Positions 50,601 through 62,039 of a DNA stretch of 64,000 nucleotides are shown in pieces. The number at the start of each line of letters is the position of its first letter. The stretch's first letter is position 1. The stretch is from Pavona decussata (lineage: Eukaryota), in contig CDRNST010000060.1 in NCBI GenBank assembly GCA_977016875.1, forward strand, positions 1,736,001-1,800,000, read 5' to 3'. The notes under the pieces are model-generated. The model worked only from the letters and a program-made list of their open reading frames with translations. It made no database searches and was not told the DNA's origin. A program made the position numbers and the translations under genes.

Positions 50601-53600
50601 CATGTAAAGTTCTTGCTTCTGGTATGAAACGAAAGCCCTGCACATGGTAGCCTCCCACGCAGACGTCCTTCGGGGTTTGCCATGCGTTTCCTCCCTGTGG
50701 CAAACCTCTAAGGACATCTGCATGGGAAGCTATGCACATGGCTGCAGCTTAAAGTATAATTAATCCAGTTTCAATTCTTTAAGCGTGAATTAACTGGGAT
50801 GAAGTATTTTATTGCTGAAACCTGCCACGGATGCTACTGCATTGCAGGGCCATACATAATTGACAGTTATTTCATAAAGTACATTGTAAATGTTTGACTA
50901 ACCCTAGGGAATCCTTTTCTTCTTTTCAGCATGTTCCACTCCTATAAAATAACAAAGTAACATAGAGGTCAATTAACTACCTTTAAGAAGTACATGTATT
51001 CATTCGCCATCCATGTGGACTGGCTATTCAACCACAGAGCCAACATGAAAATTACTAATAAAATAAATATAATAATACCTTGTAGGCATTAAGCACTGTG
51101 ATGCAGTCACTGTATGACCAGTTACTCCATGCCATCTTCTTGCTGTACAAGAAGAGAAAACAATAACAAAAAAATGAGCGGCAAATGAATTAAACTTGGT
51201 ATTTATGAATAAACCTTCAAAGTTAATACATGTAAAAACACCCTTGTGTACCTGTAAGAATCAAACTCCTTCCTGTAGGGGTTTGCAAAAAATGACTGCA
51301 AAGACAGAGCTGCACCTGAGAAAAATACAAATGTCACATGAAATTTATGCTTAATTACAAATAGTTCCTTTAAAAATACCTACAAGTACAGTATAAATGA
51401 TTACAGGTCAAGTTCAGGGTTGAAAGGATCATGGGGTATCAAGTTAGAGTGAATAGAGTTGTATGTGTAAAGGCCAAGAGGTCAAAGAGCGAGTGGGCTG
51501 AGGGATTTACATTTTTCTTTTCATTTCACTTGGAAGTTCATTTTTTGAAGACACTTACTGATAACAAGACATTCCTCAAGACAACCAAACACATAACTCA
51601 ACACCAGTAGTTTTCCAAGATGGACATCGATAGGCAACTGCCCCATCACTTTGCCGATAAACGTCAGCTCTCCATTACAAGGATTGATCGTGCCGTTCTT
51701 CATGTAAATGGTCAGAGCTCCAACCTACAATTATAATAAAAATTAATGCATGTACACGTACACTTTATCTTCAAAAACTCATTAACAATTCATAAGCACA
51801 CTGAGCTATCAAATGGTTGATAAAACATCATGTGCAGTGGTTTTAAAACCCGATAAAACCTCCTCCTTATTAGAATGCGGTGTTTAACGTTTTAATCCTA
51901 TGCATATTTCCAACATTCACAAAAGCATCATTGTTATGAACTCTCTTGACACACGCTTTTCCAGGAATGTTTTTGTAGCCGTTCAAAAAACTCGCAGCAT
52001 GTGTTTTATTGGGTCTAAGACCACTTGGCTGCGCCTCGTGGTTTTAAATCCCAATAAAACACTGCTCCTCGTGTTTTAAACATTTCATAACTTTTGAATC
52101 ACAAAAGGTATGGGAGGTATTTCATGTTGAGTTTGGAAATCATCCCAACATCTTTGGTCAGGATGGTAGCTTTCAAAACTACAGGACTCCAGCATCAGCT
52201 CTAGTTACCTGTTTCAAAAGGAGGACAGTTCGTTCAATATCATCTGTGTCAGGAGGCTGTAATGCCAGTCTCAGTATGGCTTTGGGAGGACCAATATCAA
52301 ACAACTTCACTTTTAATACCAGGTGCTCAAGTGGGCATCGCTGCAAAAGGAAACAATATTATCAGTAATGTTCTCTAAAATGAATGAAGATGATGTTGTG
52401 ATGCAGCAGGAGCGAGCTCAAAAAAAAAACACTTGCAGTGTTTGGTATTTATAATGGGCAAATAAAACAAAACAAAAAATTAAAACAAAACAAAAATCAT
52501 AGCCAATATAAAAAATTCAAAATTTGAACAAACATAAAAGCAGGTTTCAAGAAGGTTGACAAAACTGATCTGGCCAATTAGTATCAACTTAAGTTACAGA
52601 CTGAACAATTTAACCATGCATGCAAGTCATGCTCATGTACCAACAATAGTACATGACTTAATTTTGATAATGAGCAGACACATTCTGGCAATTACAGTAC
52701 CGGACAGAAGAAACCAAACAGAAAACGCTGCACTGAACGCATTCTTGAAGCGTACCGCTTTGCATTCCCTTAGCGTTCCAGTAACGCGTTCCCTGTTAGG
52801 TTACTTCTGTCCGGTACTGTAGCAGAATATAACAAACACCAAGATGGTTGGCTGAAGCTACATTAAACACACACACAAGTTTTCTTCTGTGTCTGTCCTT
52901 AACAATTAGGCAAGAATTACTACAAGGCAAACAGCATCACTCTACAGACCTGAATTTCAGGAATCCCAAATGCTGGGATAAATGATTCATAAAACTCTCT
53001 GGTCACCATTCTGAAGCAAGTTCCAGCAGACACACGGCCAGCACGACCTAAAAGAGGTGTAAAAGAAATCTTAAAAGATGGCAAAAAATTATTTATTTCA
53101 TTCATTTTGGACTATTTCTGGTCATTCTTTAGGCATGACAAAATGCATGTGCATGCATAATTGCCAATGATAATTAATTTTTTAGATATTATAGATATAA
53201 CTACCTTATACTGAGGCTTAAAGAATTGAAGTGAAATAACCATAGGCCGTCCAAATTGTTTAGACTTTCTGATATCCTACAACAACAGAACACAAACAAC
53301 ACACCTTTGCGCTGAGTACTGCTGGCTTTGGATGACCATTGTATCCTTAAACTCTGATAATTTGTTTCCGCATCACAGACCAGGCATTTCACCAGGCAAA
53401 AATCAACCACTACAAAAATAAAGACATGAAAATGCAAAGTTAACAAACACATTTCCCAATTTCATTTACAAAAAAAACAGTACAATCAAATTAAAATACA
53501 TTTCTTGAATGCCATAATCCACTAGCTGTCCATGGCGCTTTACCAAAGAAATTTACACAGAATAAAATTCTAAAAATTACAAATCAAATGCATCCTTAAA

Positions 53601-56600
53601 CAGCTAAGACTTACAGTCAACCCAGGTCACGCATGAACGATATTTTTGAAATTTGAGCGGAGTTTTGAAATTTACATGTCAGGTTTGAAAATCACCAATG
53701 GGATTTCAGAGTTCCCGTATAAATTTCCCTAGCTTATTGACAGTATAAAGCTATGAATTTTTCTTTACACTGCAAAATTGAACATTTCAAGAATACAAGT
53801 ACAACATAACATTCTGAACCACTTTGGAACTGTTGTTACAAATTCTGCTGTGGATTGTTACAATTTGCTCTTTTTCAGCTGAAATTCAAACAATCCTTGA
53901 AGTGCAAAACTGCTGCCAAGTAAATCTGGGGCTTAATAAAAGGCCTTTGAACCAATACAATTCACTGCAAGTCATATTGTACCATATTTAATGTCTGGAA
54001 CAGTGATGGAACTTTCTGCAATGTTTGTTGACAAGATGACCTGCAAAAACCAAGAAAAAAAGATGATGTCCACTTAATAACATATTTGCTGGAAAACCTC
54101 TTCCACTCAATTTGAAGTGGACAAAACTCAGACCCTAGATATGAAAAGATTTGGGTAAGGCCTTAACTGTCACATGTACATCCAAAAACACCAGGGCCCA
54201 GTTGCTTGAAGCATGGTTAGCGCTAACCCGGGTTAAATACCATGACAACCTATAGGTTTTAATATCTCTTAACCAATGGTTAGCGCTAACCATGCTTCGA
54301 GCAACTCAGCCCTGCTGGCCTTCAGATTTGACAAAAATTAATTTCAAAAACGTTATTATTTATAGAAAGAAATACTGATGAATTTCTCAAAGTAACTTCT
54401 CCCATCCACGTTCCAAAAAATAATATTAAATGTTTAATAACAAATGGAATGGTCACCGTGGTAAATTGATTGATCTATATTTATTGATTGATGGAGATCA
54501 ATCGATGAACTGATGAGTAAATAAACAAACAACAACAATAACATAGTAAAAACTTGAATAATTTCTGTTGACAAATTTTTGTGTTATGCATAATTTGCTC
54601 AGGGAGAGCTGCTGAAAATCAGTTACGAAGGTTACTCTACCTTTCTAAATCCCTCTTGAGGTTTCTTGAAAACATCTGCTTGCTCGATAGTGGTGATTTT
54701 GGAATGCAAAGGAAGGATCAATAACCTGCATTTAATGAAAACAAAGATAATGCATCACTACTAACATACACTGTATGTAGGTGTGGAGAGCAAGGTAAAT
54801 TGAATACAATGCAAATGTACTTTACCTTAATTTATCACTACTTAGCTTAATGTTTATTCGTCTTTAAAGGGGTCCTCCAATTACAAAACTACAGAAAATT
54901 CAACTTACATGTAAGAAGTAGGCTGACAAACAGTATTTAATTTTTATGTTCAGTAACAGGCATTCAGCCTTTGTGTTACGATGTCACTCGGGTGGTACAG
55001 TGGAAGATTGTGAAAGAACTTACCTGCGATCATTGCACATATCTTCTAGTAACTGATCCATCTGTTTGATTTCAAATTCACCTGATGACAAGCATTATTG
55101 TCAAAATTTACAAACTGTTAATAAACAGGCAGTGTTCTGAAAGCCATGACTTACAGTGTACTTACATGCCATATAGTAATGTCATCTGCCACAACACGAA
55201 TACTTTGATACACATGGTTTGTATATAGCTTTAGCAAAACAAATGCAAGGGCTTAGTACATGTATTAAGGGAGCTTTCCTGGAAAAAAATTGTTGATTTT
55301 TACCAAAGGCCTAGTATATTCTACACACCTACAGTGCAGCAGCTGTACCCAGAAGTCTGTAATTTTGTTCTGTTCAACAATGTCCATCTAAAGTCGGCAT
55401 CAATGTTTTTTGTGTCTCAAGGGGCACTCCAGTATTGACATGTATGGGCACAAAGTCCACTTGGCAAAAGCTCTAACCAATTCAAAAATTAAGGACTTGA
55501 TTCCATAAACATGTATACAAGTATAATTATGCACTAACCGGGAAGAAACACGAGGACTGTTCCACGATGTACTGGCTGTCCTCGCCTGTTAAGGGAACAA
55601 CAAGAATAATAAAGTTCCCAAAAATCATGTGACGGTAGACAATACAGTGTATGTCATTACTGAATGTGTAGTTCCAGTGTTATCATGAATCAAACTGCAT
55701 GCAGCAGCAAAGAGAATATCACAGTTTGTTTTTACTCTCACAAAGCTGTGTAGTTTCCCATGCTCTTACCTTATAGCTTCGGTTTGTTCTCTCTCGTCCA
55801 GATGACGAATGAGCTGGCCCACAAGTTCATATCCAACTTTATCAATTCCTGGTTCCTCGGGAATAATATCCGGGATCCTCTGCAGGTGAAATCAGATAAT
55901 TTATCCTTTTTTTCAATTTCTGTTAATTCACACTTTGGCAGCAGCCAAAACTCTTTAATGTATCATGTAGACCAATGGAATGTGTCATGGATAAAAGTAC
56001 AAGACAGACTGATGTCCTGACAATTTTGTAATTCATGTCTGATTAAACTAAAGAAGTGAGGACAAGTGCCCTGATAAGCACAAAAACCTATTTCCAGCAC
56101 TGTACTTACTCCAATATCTTTTAGATCCTCAAGATAGCATTCCACTACAGGAAAGGACTTGCCATCTACAGTGACAACAGGAGCCCCCTCTACCCTACCC
56201 CTGACAGGTACAGCAAAATACATGGAGAACAAGTCACTTTCAATGGTGGCTGACATCAGGACAACCTATGAGAAAAAAATCGTGTAAACATCAAAAAGAT
56301 GAAGGTAATTAACTTGGCTCCTGACAGCCCACCCCAGTGGTGCTTGTAGCATTTTTTTCTTTTTTAATTCACCTCAAATTTACCTTAAAGAGTCTCATAA
56401 AGGTTTAGGTGCATTTGATCATATGCACATGTTAATTTGTGCCATACAAATATTAATTATTATTGTTATAGGGCAAAGATTACAAAAAAGGGAACCTGGT
56501 ATAACTAGTACATCTCTTCAGTGATTTTTTGATGTTTCAGGAAATTTATTCCAAGAAAATGAAAGATATGTTTTCTCTTGGTAAAAAGATAACAAATGAC

Positions 56601-59600
56601 AAACAACCTTTGCTTCACAGTCTCACAGGTGTGGTTAAAAGATAAGGCCGGGACTGGACTGTTCTGAAACTTAAGGCACTTTCACAGATAAAGCGGCACC
56701 CTGCGTCCAATGCCTTGCAGATTTAATTACCCCTAGTGGTATAGCGTAAACATTTATTTTAATATTACATGTAATTAATATTGTAGGGCACCAAAAATTG
56801 TATTGTAGGTTGAGGCTGTGTAATTTATTGTTAGTAATAACTACGTGTAGTATTAGATAGGTAAGTTATGTAAACCGTTAGTATTGTAAACAGTGTTATT
56901 TCGTAGCGTCCATGTAAGTGTAAATTTTTATTTTAATATTAATAAATATTGTAGGGCACCAAGAATTGTATTGTTTCTGTTAGCAGATTTAGGCTGGCAG
57001 TGTAACGTACTGTAATAACGATGTGCGGTACTAGATAGGTAAGTTATACCAATCGTTAGTATTGTAAACAATGTTATTTTGTAGTGTCTGTGTTCTTGAA
57101 ATCAACTGTATTTATGACGGGAAAAAAAAGATAAAGTCGCACCCCCAGTTTGTAATGAACATTAATTTTTTACCTTGACATGCCTAGAGTTTGTTCTGAG
57201 CAATTTTTTCACCACCAGGAGACAGAAGTCTGTGCTTTGGTCACGCTCATGGACCTAAAAAAAAGGAGACTTTTGATATATATTACACAATCATACTGTC
57301 AATCACATTGGCCAGCTTTTTCCAATTATTACAATCCATGTCATCTGTGGCCAGACACTTTTAAATTGTGTTAGTGTACTGCTGTTATAATAATGTTAAA
57401 AAAAGCTGGATTCCCTTAAGGTTAGTGAAAGTGTGACTTTTCACTTTTGAGTTTTATGTGTACTACATTAAAAGTCACTGACAAAGCCCCTTTAGCGAAG
57501 ATTAAAAGAAAAAGAATCTTCCCTCACCTCATCCAGAACAACATGAGTAAACTGGTTCATATTCTTGGAATGGATCAACTTGTTTAGCAACACATCAGTA
57601 GTGACATATGTCAAACGTGTGTCCTCGCTAATGCACTTGTCTCTTCCAATCTGATAGCCTACCAAGCTGCCCTGAGTCCACCCTCTTTCTTGGCAAACCC
57701 GCTTGGAAATGCTCATTGCCGCAATACGTCTGGGCTGGGTTACAATGATGTTACAATAGCGCTGGTCTTTGGCATACTCATCCAGTATGTACTGAGGAAC
57801 TTGAGTGGTTTTACCACTGCCGGTTGCTCCTGAGTTTTAGAAAAGGGAACACGTTTCACGCAACAAGCTAATAAATGTCCTTACATGTAGATTATAGAGT
57901 AGCAGTACAAGATTGTGTCTTTGCTTCTAACATCTTGTGAATTTGATAATGATTATACTCTGAGCCTCTTAATCTTCAAGCATCGTGTTATTTTTATTAA
58001 AGAAATAACGTTAACAATAATCATTTTATTATTATTTTTATGCATATTTATTTGTACACTGTACATTTCAGTCTGTTCAATAGCTCAGTAGATTACATCT
58101 CAACAAGCACACCATCTTAAAGTGCTACTGTGATCAAATTTTTACCTCTTGAATTTTAAGGTTTATCACATAGAATTCTAGGAAAGATTAAAAACGCCGT
58201 TTTCAGTTGCAGCAGTGACAAAGTTCATTTTGGCGGCCTCTCAGAAAGGTGAGTTAGTTTTGCGACTTTTTCCCATTAAAAATACATGATTTCACAACAT
58301 TTGTAAACCTTTTTATAAGAAAATAGATTCCTAAATTGTTTGATTGAAATTAATTTTAAATTGTTTTCATAATTCAGGTTTTAGCGTGTTTATTGAGGGA
58401 AAGTTGAACGTTGAGCCTTCAGAATGGAATCCGAACAGCAGGTAAATTTCCCAGTACCAGAGTATTGCTTTGTTTCTGATTTTAAACTTCATTTTAATCT
58501 TTTGAAACTAATCAGCGCCAGGTTAGGACCGCTCTAGAAAATGATTTTGCATTATTTCGAATAATTTGTAATAAACACACACACTGTGTGGATTTTATAC
58601 TCATCATTTTTTCTTCAACTCATGTTTTTATTTACCATCTAAAAATGGATCCCTGGTTACATACAAAGCCATCAGGTATTTGTAACCACTCTGCTAAAAG
58701 TGGCAGGTCACGTTTGTTCACGCGGAACTCTGCTCTGACTTTGAATCTGCCATTTCTTCGAGGTTAAATCTTCCATACTCTTCATACGATATTTCTAAGT
58801 TCTTTGAAAAGCTGCAGTCATAGAGGAGCACGAATTCTTCGTCAGAAATGATGTCAGCCAAATAGCATCCTGCTAAAAGTTCTCGGGTCTTCTTAAACAA
58901 AGTCACAACAGCGAAACCCCCTTGATCTCTGACTGAATCTGTTTGTTGTTACTCGTTTTGGCCACCCCTCGCATAACGCAAATCTTAAGGTTTGTTTTTC
59001 CTGCGTAAAGGTGGTGGTCACGACCCATGCCCTCTCGGACATGACCGCGTTCTTCAAGGCCGCTGCGTCCAGTATCTTAAGGTCCCTAATGACAAAAAAC
59101 ACTGCCTGATTTGATATTTTCAAACACACCTTGTATAACTGTGACTGAATTACTCTCAATAGTATCCAAAATCTGCTGGCGATAGGCAGTAATAGGAAGG
59201 TCTGGAGAATATGTGTGATCAAAAGAGTAGTTCTCAAAGATATGTGTAGCTTCCTCTTCTCTCAGTGCTGCTGGTATTTCATCAGAACCTCCTAGGGGTG
59301 GATTCTTTTCTAGTTGATCCATCTCTTCATAAAGGTCCTCCAGTTTTGGGCCAGTTGAACAGTAACCACCAACATATGCAGGAGAAGGTGGGGGACTGAA
59401 AAAAATATGAACAAGTTCAATGACAGCAGACACTTGTTTTTGCTTTGTTTTGGGGAGAGGGGTGGGGGGATTTTGGGAGAGGGGTGGGTGGGAGAAAGAC
59501 AATCACTGTGGTCACAGTTTAACCTTTCACCTTGGTTAAACACTTTGCAATAGACGAGCTTTGGAACTGGTGCCAAGGAAGCTGGCAGGGTAACCTGTGC

Positions 59601-60673
59601 CATTCATGGTCAGCATGGAGGTAACCATGGAAAGCTGCAAGTGAACACCCTCCCCCAACCGGACCACGATGGCATTGTCACACTGAAAGATCAGTGGAAA
59701 GAATACTTACCTCAACCAATAATCATCTTGGGCCCGATTCACAAAGCCCTTGTAAGTTGAGATGTATCCTAAGTATTGTTCCTTAACAATAGGCTGTTGT
59801 TATCCAATAAAAAGTACACACAAAAATTCCTCTCCAAAATCCAAATCCAGCGCTGCCATTTTGCTTAGCACTTACAGCTGTAGTAGCCTGGCTGCCTTTT
59901 CAGTTTTTTTTTTTGCTTCCCTGTGGGAACCTAAAACCCATTGGAATTGCACTGAAACGGCCAAAATACATGTATGCCACACAAACAATGACAAGTTATC
60001 AATGCAAGAAGGCAAGGTAAGGAATTTTTGTTAGATTTATGTTCTTTATTTTCAACTCCAAAACACATTATGCAGTTCCACATTCATATTAAATTCCTAT
60101 ATAAACCTTTATAATTTACGCCATTGTGCTACTCAACATGATATAAACGCTCCTAGAGCTTGGGCTACCCGTGGGTTAGTTGGGTGGAGTTGATATTGGG
60201 GGGGTGGGGGGGGGGGAAGTGGATCAATTTTGGGGGGAGGAGGGTAGGGAAATAAGCGAGGGGTGGTTGACTCAAAAGTAAAAACAAAAAACCAGATTTC
60301 AGATCTTCAGAGATTGGCATTTCTGCATTTGGTGAACATATTATACCGTAACTTTGTTTCAGAGATGCATATTTTGTTGGTTAGTTGTCCTCGTTTACTT
60401 GTGCAAACTGAAAGTGATCTGGGGTAGGGGTCTATCGTAGGCTTCAGTCGAAAATAAAGTCCTAGCTATCGCATTATTCAGCTCCCAAAAGCAACCATTT
60501 CCTCACCTTTGTGGATTATTCTTCTTTGCCAATTTGAACTCTTGGCGGTACGAATTGCTGTTGTCTTGGTCCCAGTGTCGTCCGGTTATTTTCGCGTCTG
60601 TCAGTGTGTGGGCTCTAGAAAGCGGCTTGAGACTGAAAAAGTCTTTTATCATATCCAGATTTATGTCTCCCAT
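30670..60673 (-). CDS. TDRD9: ATP-dependent RNA helicase TDRD9 / Spindle-E (41 exons, ~1440 aa)
   Basis: Exons (5'->3'): 60673-60507, 59920-59876, 59395-59130, 57829-57528, 57254-57174, 56265-56110, 55879-55770, 55585-55539, 55081-55024, 54725-54641, 54040-53983, 53409-53305, 53047-52950, 52340-52209, 51724-51559, 51315-51252, 51142-51079, 50941-50903, 50389-50336, 49130-49054, 48269-48233, 47498-47391, 47195-47095, 46118-46032, 45406-45278, 44519-44456, 43660-43616, 42749-42642, 41449-41336, 40153-40064, 39565-39440, 38068-37937, 37804-37703, 36576-36506, 35761-35633, 35122-35045, 33313-33175, 32582-32467, 32135-32069, 31489-31317, 30802-30670. Total 4323 nt, in frame, GT-AG. Motifs GATGSGKTT, QPRRIAA, DEVHER, MSAT, VFLPG, STNIAESSIT, QRKGRAGR, HA2 region, GAFYPNYF, Tudor (GHFWAQ..LYYRAKI..FFLDFGN) and the TDRD9-type C-terminal region (YTGALVGLG..PDHD). 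Exon 2 is plausible but optional (symmetric phase). Confidence 0.92.
30834..31132 (+). mobile_element. tRNA-centred repeat family T2, terminally redundant copy with 11-bp TSD
   Basis: Direct repeat 30836-30888 / 31081-31134; tRNA-like ggcttgatagctcagctggtagagcactgca...ggattcaaatcc at ~30955-31030; TSD taagtaacttg 30823-30833 / 31133-31143. Confidence 0.8.
31670..31950. repeat. Degenerate tandem repeat (gtcrcactattccacacttccrc..aagaagtgtagaa)
   Basis: Three to four diverged copies in a TDRD9 intron. Confidence 0.6.
32279..32379. mobile_element. Short palindromic TAG-ended MITE
   Basis: tagcccgcgaacgcagacgtatttcc / ggaaatacgtctgcgttcgcaggcta; near-identical gtttact flanks. Confidence 0.7.
32760..33110. 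repeat. ~105-bp tandem satellite-like repeat (about 3 units)
   Basis: Unit gatgaaatcctaaagtgtgaccattcaaatgaaagctactgagcagtactttcctgtggtgctgtttattatgctgtacaaggtggttctaac...; second array at 39625-39935. Confidence 0.85.
33564..33704. mobile_element. Palindromic MITE
   Basis: ctatagagtgtgtgcacggcggccatgttggagga / tcctccaacatggccgtcgtgcacacactctatag. Confidence 0.75.
33823..34350 (-). mobile_element. tRNA-centred repeat T1, full unit plus terminal redundancy, interrupted by a MITE
   Basis: Complete tRNA-like cloverleaf 33918-33990 (-); agagat..gtta..ttaa.gcctggtgaat recurs at ~33823-33856 and ~34086-34108/34345-34350. Confidence 0.8.
34109..34341 (+). mobile_element. Harbinger-like MITE family A nested in T1
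   Basis: CTG TSD 34106-34108 / 34342-34344; near-identical to 23039-23277. Confidence 0.85.
34579..34890 (-). mobile_element. tRNA-centred repeat family T2, terminally redundant copy
   Basis: Direct repeat ~34597-34666 / 34822-34890; minus-strand ggcttgatagctcaattggtagagcactgcaccggtatcg at ~34717-34757. Confidence 0.75.
37041..37587 (-). mobile_element. Conventional tRNA-headed SINE (interrupted by a MITE)
   Basis: 5' head ggaggcgtggtggagtagttgttagcgcgtcgg (A-box-like); body cccaggtgtataaatgggtacc..ggggtaaccctgc..cccatccagggagggagtagcaatactcctag; partial copy at 11009-11245. Confidence 0.75.
37196..37434 (-). mobile_element. Harbinger-like MITE family A nested in SINE
   Basis: 239 bp; CTG TSD 37193-37195 / 37435-37437. 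Confidence 0.85.
38172..38319. mobile_element. Palindromic TAG-ended MITE
   Basis: ataggccattt.cgagttgct.tga.cctcattatgaaa.cgaggctaagtgcaaa and its reverse complement. Confidence 0.75.
38582..38864 (-). mobile_element. Penelope-like retroelement 3' remnant (GIY-YIG C-terminus plus hammerhead-like 3' end)
   Basis: 38837-38727 (-) encodes KCRDKFECLVYEMLWIKNKRPKLNTQADSIRAKLFT*; downstream ttgacaatgacga..tcgtcgaaacgtca; 16-bp inverted repeat atttcaacaagaaaat at 38582-38597 / 38849-38864. Confidence 0.8.
39625..39935. repeat. ~105-bp tandem satellite-like repeat (about 3 units)
   Basis: gatgaaatcc recurs at 39766 and 39872; same unit as 32760-33110. Confidence 0.85.
40330..40810 (-). mobile_element. 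L2/CR1-group LINE 3' fragment
   Basis: Minus strand RPRIRNNYG../ATFAFAGSKIWEKIPSKLKKL..YLLNTQ*, a typical ORF2 C-terminus, followed by 3' UTR. Confidence 0.6.
42105..42274. mobile_element. Palindromic TAG-ended MITE
   Basis: aataggcctttatca..gcggccatgttgagtctcagga / tcctgagactcaacatggccgc..tgacaaaggtctatt. Confidence 0.75.
42290..42560. repeat. Two-copy tandem duplication (~165-bp period)
   Basis: gaatggatcttgggacgtgta.ctggcatccccc.cag...caggggcggatgacatca occurs twice. Confidence 0.7.
42985..43270. mobile_element. TAG-ended MITE (CCAAT-rich)
   Basis: TIRs tagagcggttttcaattgagtgt / acactcaattgaaaaccactcta; 5' partial copy at ~15659-15797. Confidence 0.75.
44834..45200 (+). mobile_element. 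tRNA-centred repeat T1, ~1.4 tandem units (261-bp period)
   Basis: gaact(a)gtaatcgga recurs at 44835 and 45096; second tRNA-like copy at ~45068-45146; possible TSD caaaattc 44826-44833 / 45201-45208. Confidence 0.85.
45535..45838. repeat. Dispersed repeat (aaaaactcattaataattcataagc...cggctgcgcctcg) nested in a tagactgcgag-ended MITE (45480-45917)
   Basis: Homologous copy at 51773-52088; related fragments near 27000-27170, 28300-28580 and 48010-48190. Confidence 0.65.
46650..47020. mobile_element. Kolobok-like (TTAA) MITE
   Basis: ttaa|aggggaagtatca ... tgatacttcccct|ttta. Confidence 0.65.
49173..49854. mobile_element. Non-autonomous DNA transposon with CAGGG TIR
   Basis: cagggttcg / cgaacccgg ends, subterminal ttcaaggactt repeats, flanking agtata direct repeat. 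Confidence 0.6.
49921..50240. mobile_element. Harbinger-like MITE A (49921-50160) abutting a T1 fragment (50164-50240)
   Basis: Homology to 37196-37434, followed by cag and aaggtcataggtttgactcctg...gagtatgccagtgtcactgact. Confidence 0.7.
50648..50732. mobile_element. 85-bp hairpin MITE with 9-bp TSD (Academ-like TAG ends)
   Basis: tagcctcccacgcagacgtcctt / aaggacatctgcatgggaagcta; TSD tgcacatgg 50639-50647 / 50733-50741. Confidence 0.8.
52695..52819. mobile_element. Tc1/mariner-like MITE with TA TSD
   Basis: TA|cagtaccggacagaag ... cttctgtccggtactg|TA. Confidence 0.8.
54135..54311. mobile_element. Harbinger-like MITE family B
   Basis: TIRs ggcccagttgcttgaagcatggttagcgctaacc / ggttagcgctaaccatgcttcgagcaactcagcc; CAG left and CTG right. 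Confidence 0.8.
56740..57090. repeat. Two-copy tandem duplication (~170 bp)
   Basis: atattgtagggcaccaa.aattgtattgt..tagataggtaagttat..cgttagtattgtaaaca occurs twice. Confidence 0.7.
58640..59086 (-). pseudogene. PIF/Harbinger-type transposase N-terminal relic with terminal repeat
   Basis: LFKKTRELLAGCYLADIISDEEFVLLYDCSFSKNLEISYEEYGRFNLEEM, then a frameshift to EFRVNKRDLPLLAEWLQIPDGFVCNQ; end tta|gggaccttaagat at 59086. Family assignment is from recall of HARBI1-like N-termini. Confidence 0.6.
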
Positions 60674-61292
60674 TTTGCAGGGTGTCTTCCTCTTTCGATA
60701 AAATTCGCCAACAACGGAGTTATCGATTCACATCCGGCGCCATTTTGCAATGTTGTCTTCTTCCTTACCAGGATTTTGCCAGCTGAGATTGGGATCCCGG
60801 CTGAAACTTGACCAATAAGAGGCACCATACTATTTTGAAGAACCAACCAAAAAGCTTGTTATAACGAGGAAGTGAGCCCGCAATATATTCCCTGCTGTTG
60901 AACCATACACGTGAAGAAGCGCGATTATTTTGCGCAAAACATAAACACATCAAGCCATGTTTAGGTAGCGTAATGGCAGAGTTTATTCAACATGGATGAT
61001 TGGCAGACCTGTCCGAGATGTAAGACAACCAAGTACCGGAACCCCAAGTTGAAGCTATTGGTAAATGTTTGTGGCCACAAATTGTAAGTTAGGCGTTTTA
61101 TAAGTCTATGATAATCTACCACTACTAACAAAAAGAACTGTAGAAAATATTTTGTTTCCTTGGGCACGATTACAGCGCGTTCACTAAGGTAATACAAAAC
61201 CTGATAACGATCTCAGATTGTTGGTGGACAGGGGTTAAGCTTGCAGGAACCAATTCAAAATTGATGTGAACCTGTGTTGATTAAATGTAAGC

Positions 61293-61837
61293 CCGGGGAT
61301 GGGGGGGGGGGGGGGGGGGCACTTGACCCATGTTTGGGTATAGGGGTGCCGCTGGCGGTTTGAAACCCTGACCCTGTTTAGGACGAAAATACCTTAAATA
61401 CCTACCCTGTGTAGGACAGCGCCCTCTATTTTAAGACCCTATTGGCAATAGTAATAACATTTTAAAGGCCCACTGTCACTTACCGGACGTGATGTTCCAC
61501 GCATTGAAATGCAAATACCAATCACAACAGATAAAATAATACACTTCCAAGAAGTGATGATGAAAAATCCCAAAATTTTGCATTAACAGCTGTGTTTAGT
61601 GGAAAATCAATTGACGTGAAGCATTGTCCACTAAAATAAATACAGACTAACGTCTCTGATTTTGGATTGCCAAATACAAGACGACAGTCTTGCAATCATA
61701 CCCTGTCTAGGACGGGTCCAGGACAGATTCGCTTGAAATTATATACCCTGTTCAGGGCAGAGGGGCCAAAACCCATACCCTATCCAGCAGCACGTCCCCG
61801 TATAGCTCACATAGGGGAGTACCCCCCCCCCTCCAGG
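61293..61837. mobile_element. MITE with G/C-run termini and 9-bp TSD
   Basis: ccgggg..ggggggcact / agtaccccccccccctccagg; TSD aatgtaagc 61284-61292 / 61838-61846. Confidence 0.7.
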
Positions 61838-62039
61838 AATGTAAGCCTCTCCAATTCCCTCTCCCCTCCCCCCTGAGGTAAGCAGTTACCTTGCCCCATT
61901 GCCAACTTGGGGTGCAAAGTCAGCCTACATGCCCCTATCATCACACCAAATTTACCTTATGCCCGGTGAATACTACGGTTACCAAGAAGGGTTGTCTGGG
62001 ACCCTGAAAAGGGAACAGAATGCAAAGCAGACACTCTAG

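Noticed and set aside
59711-59793. Extra TDRD9 exon with a good donor (gag|gtaagt)
   Set aside because: The phase is incompatible with flanking exons (stop in the required frame).
59876-59930. Apparent frameshift in the TDRD9 exon 2 A-run
   Set aside because: Using the acceptor at 59921-59922 keeps the frame open with 11 A's.
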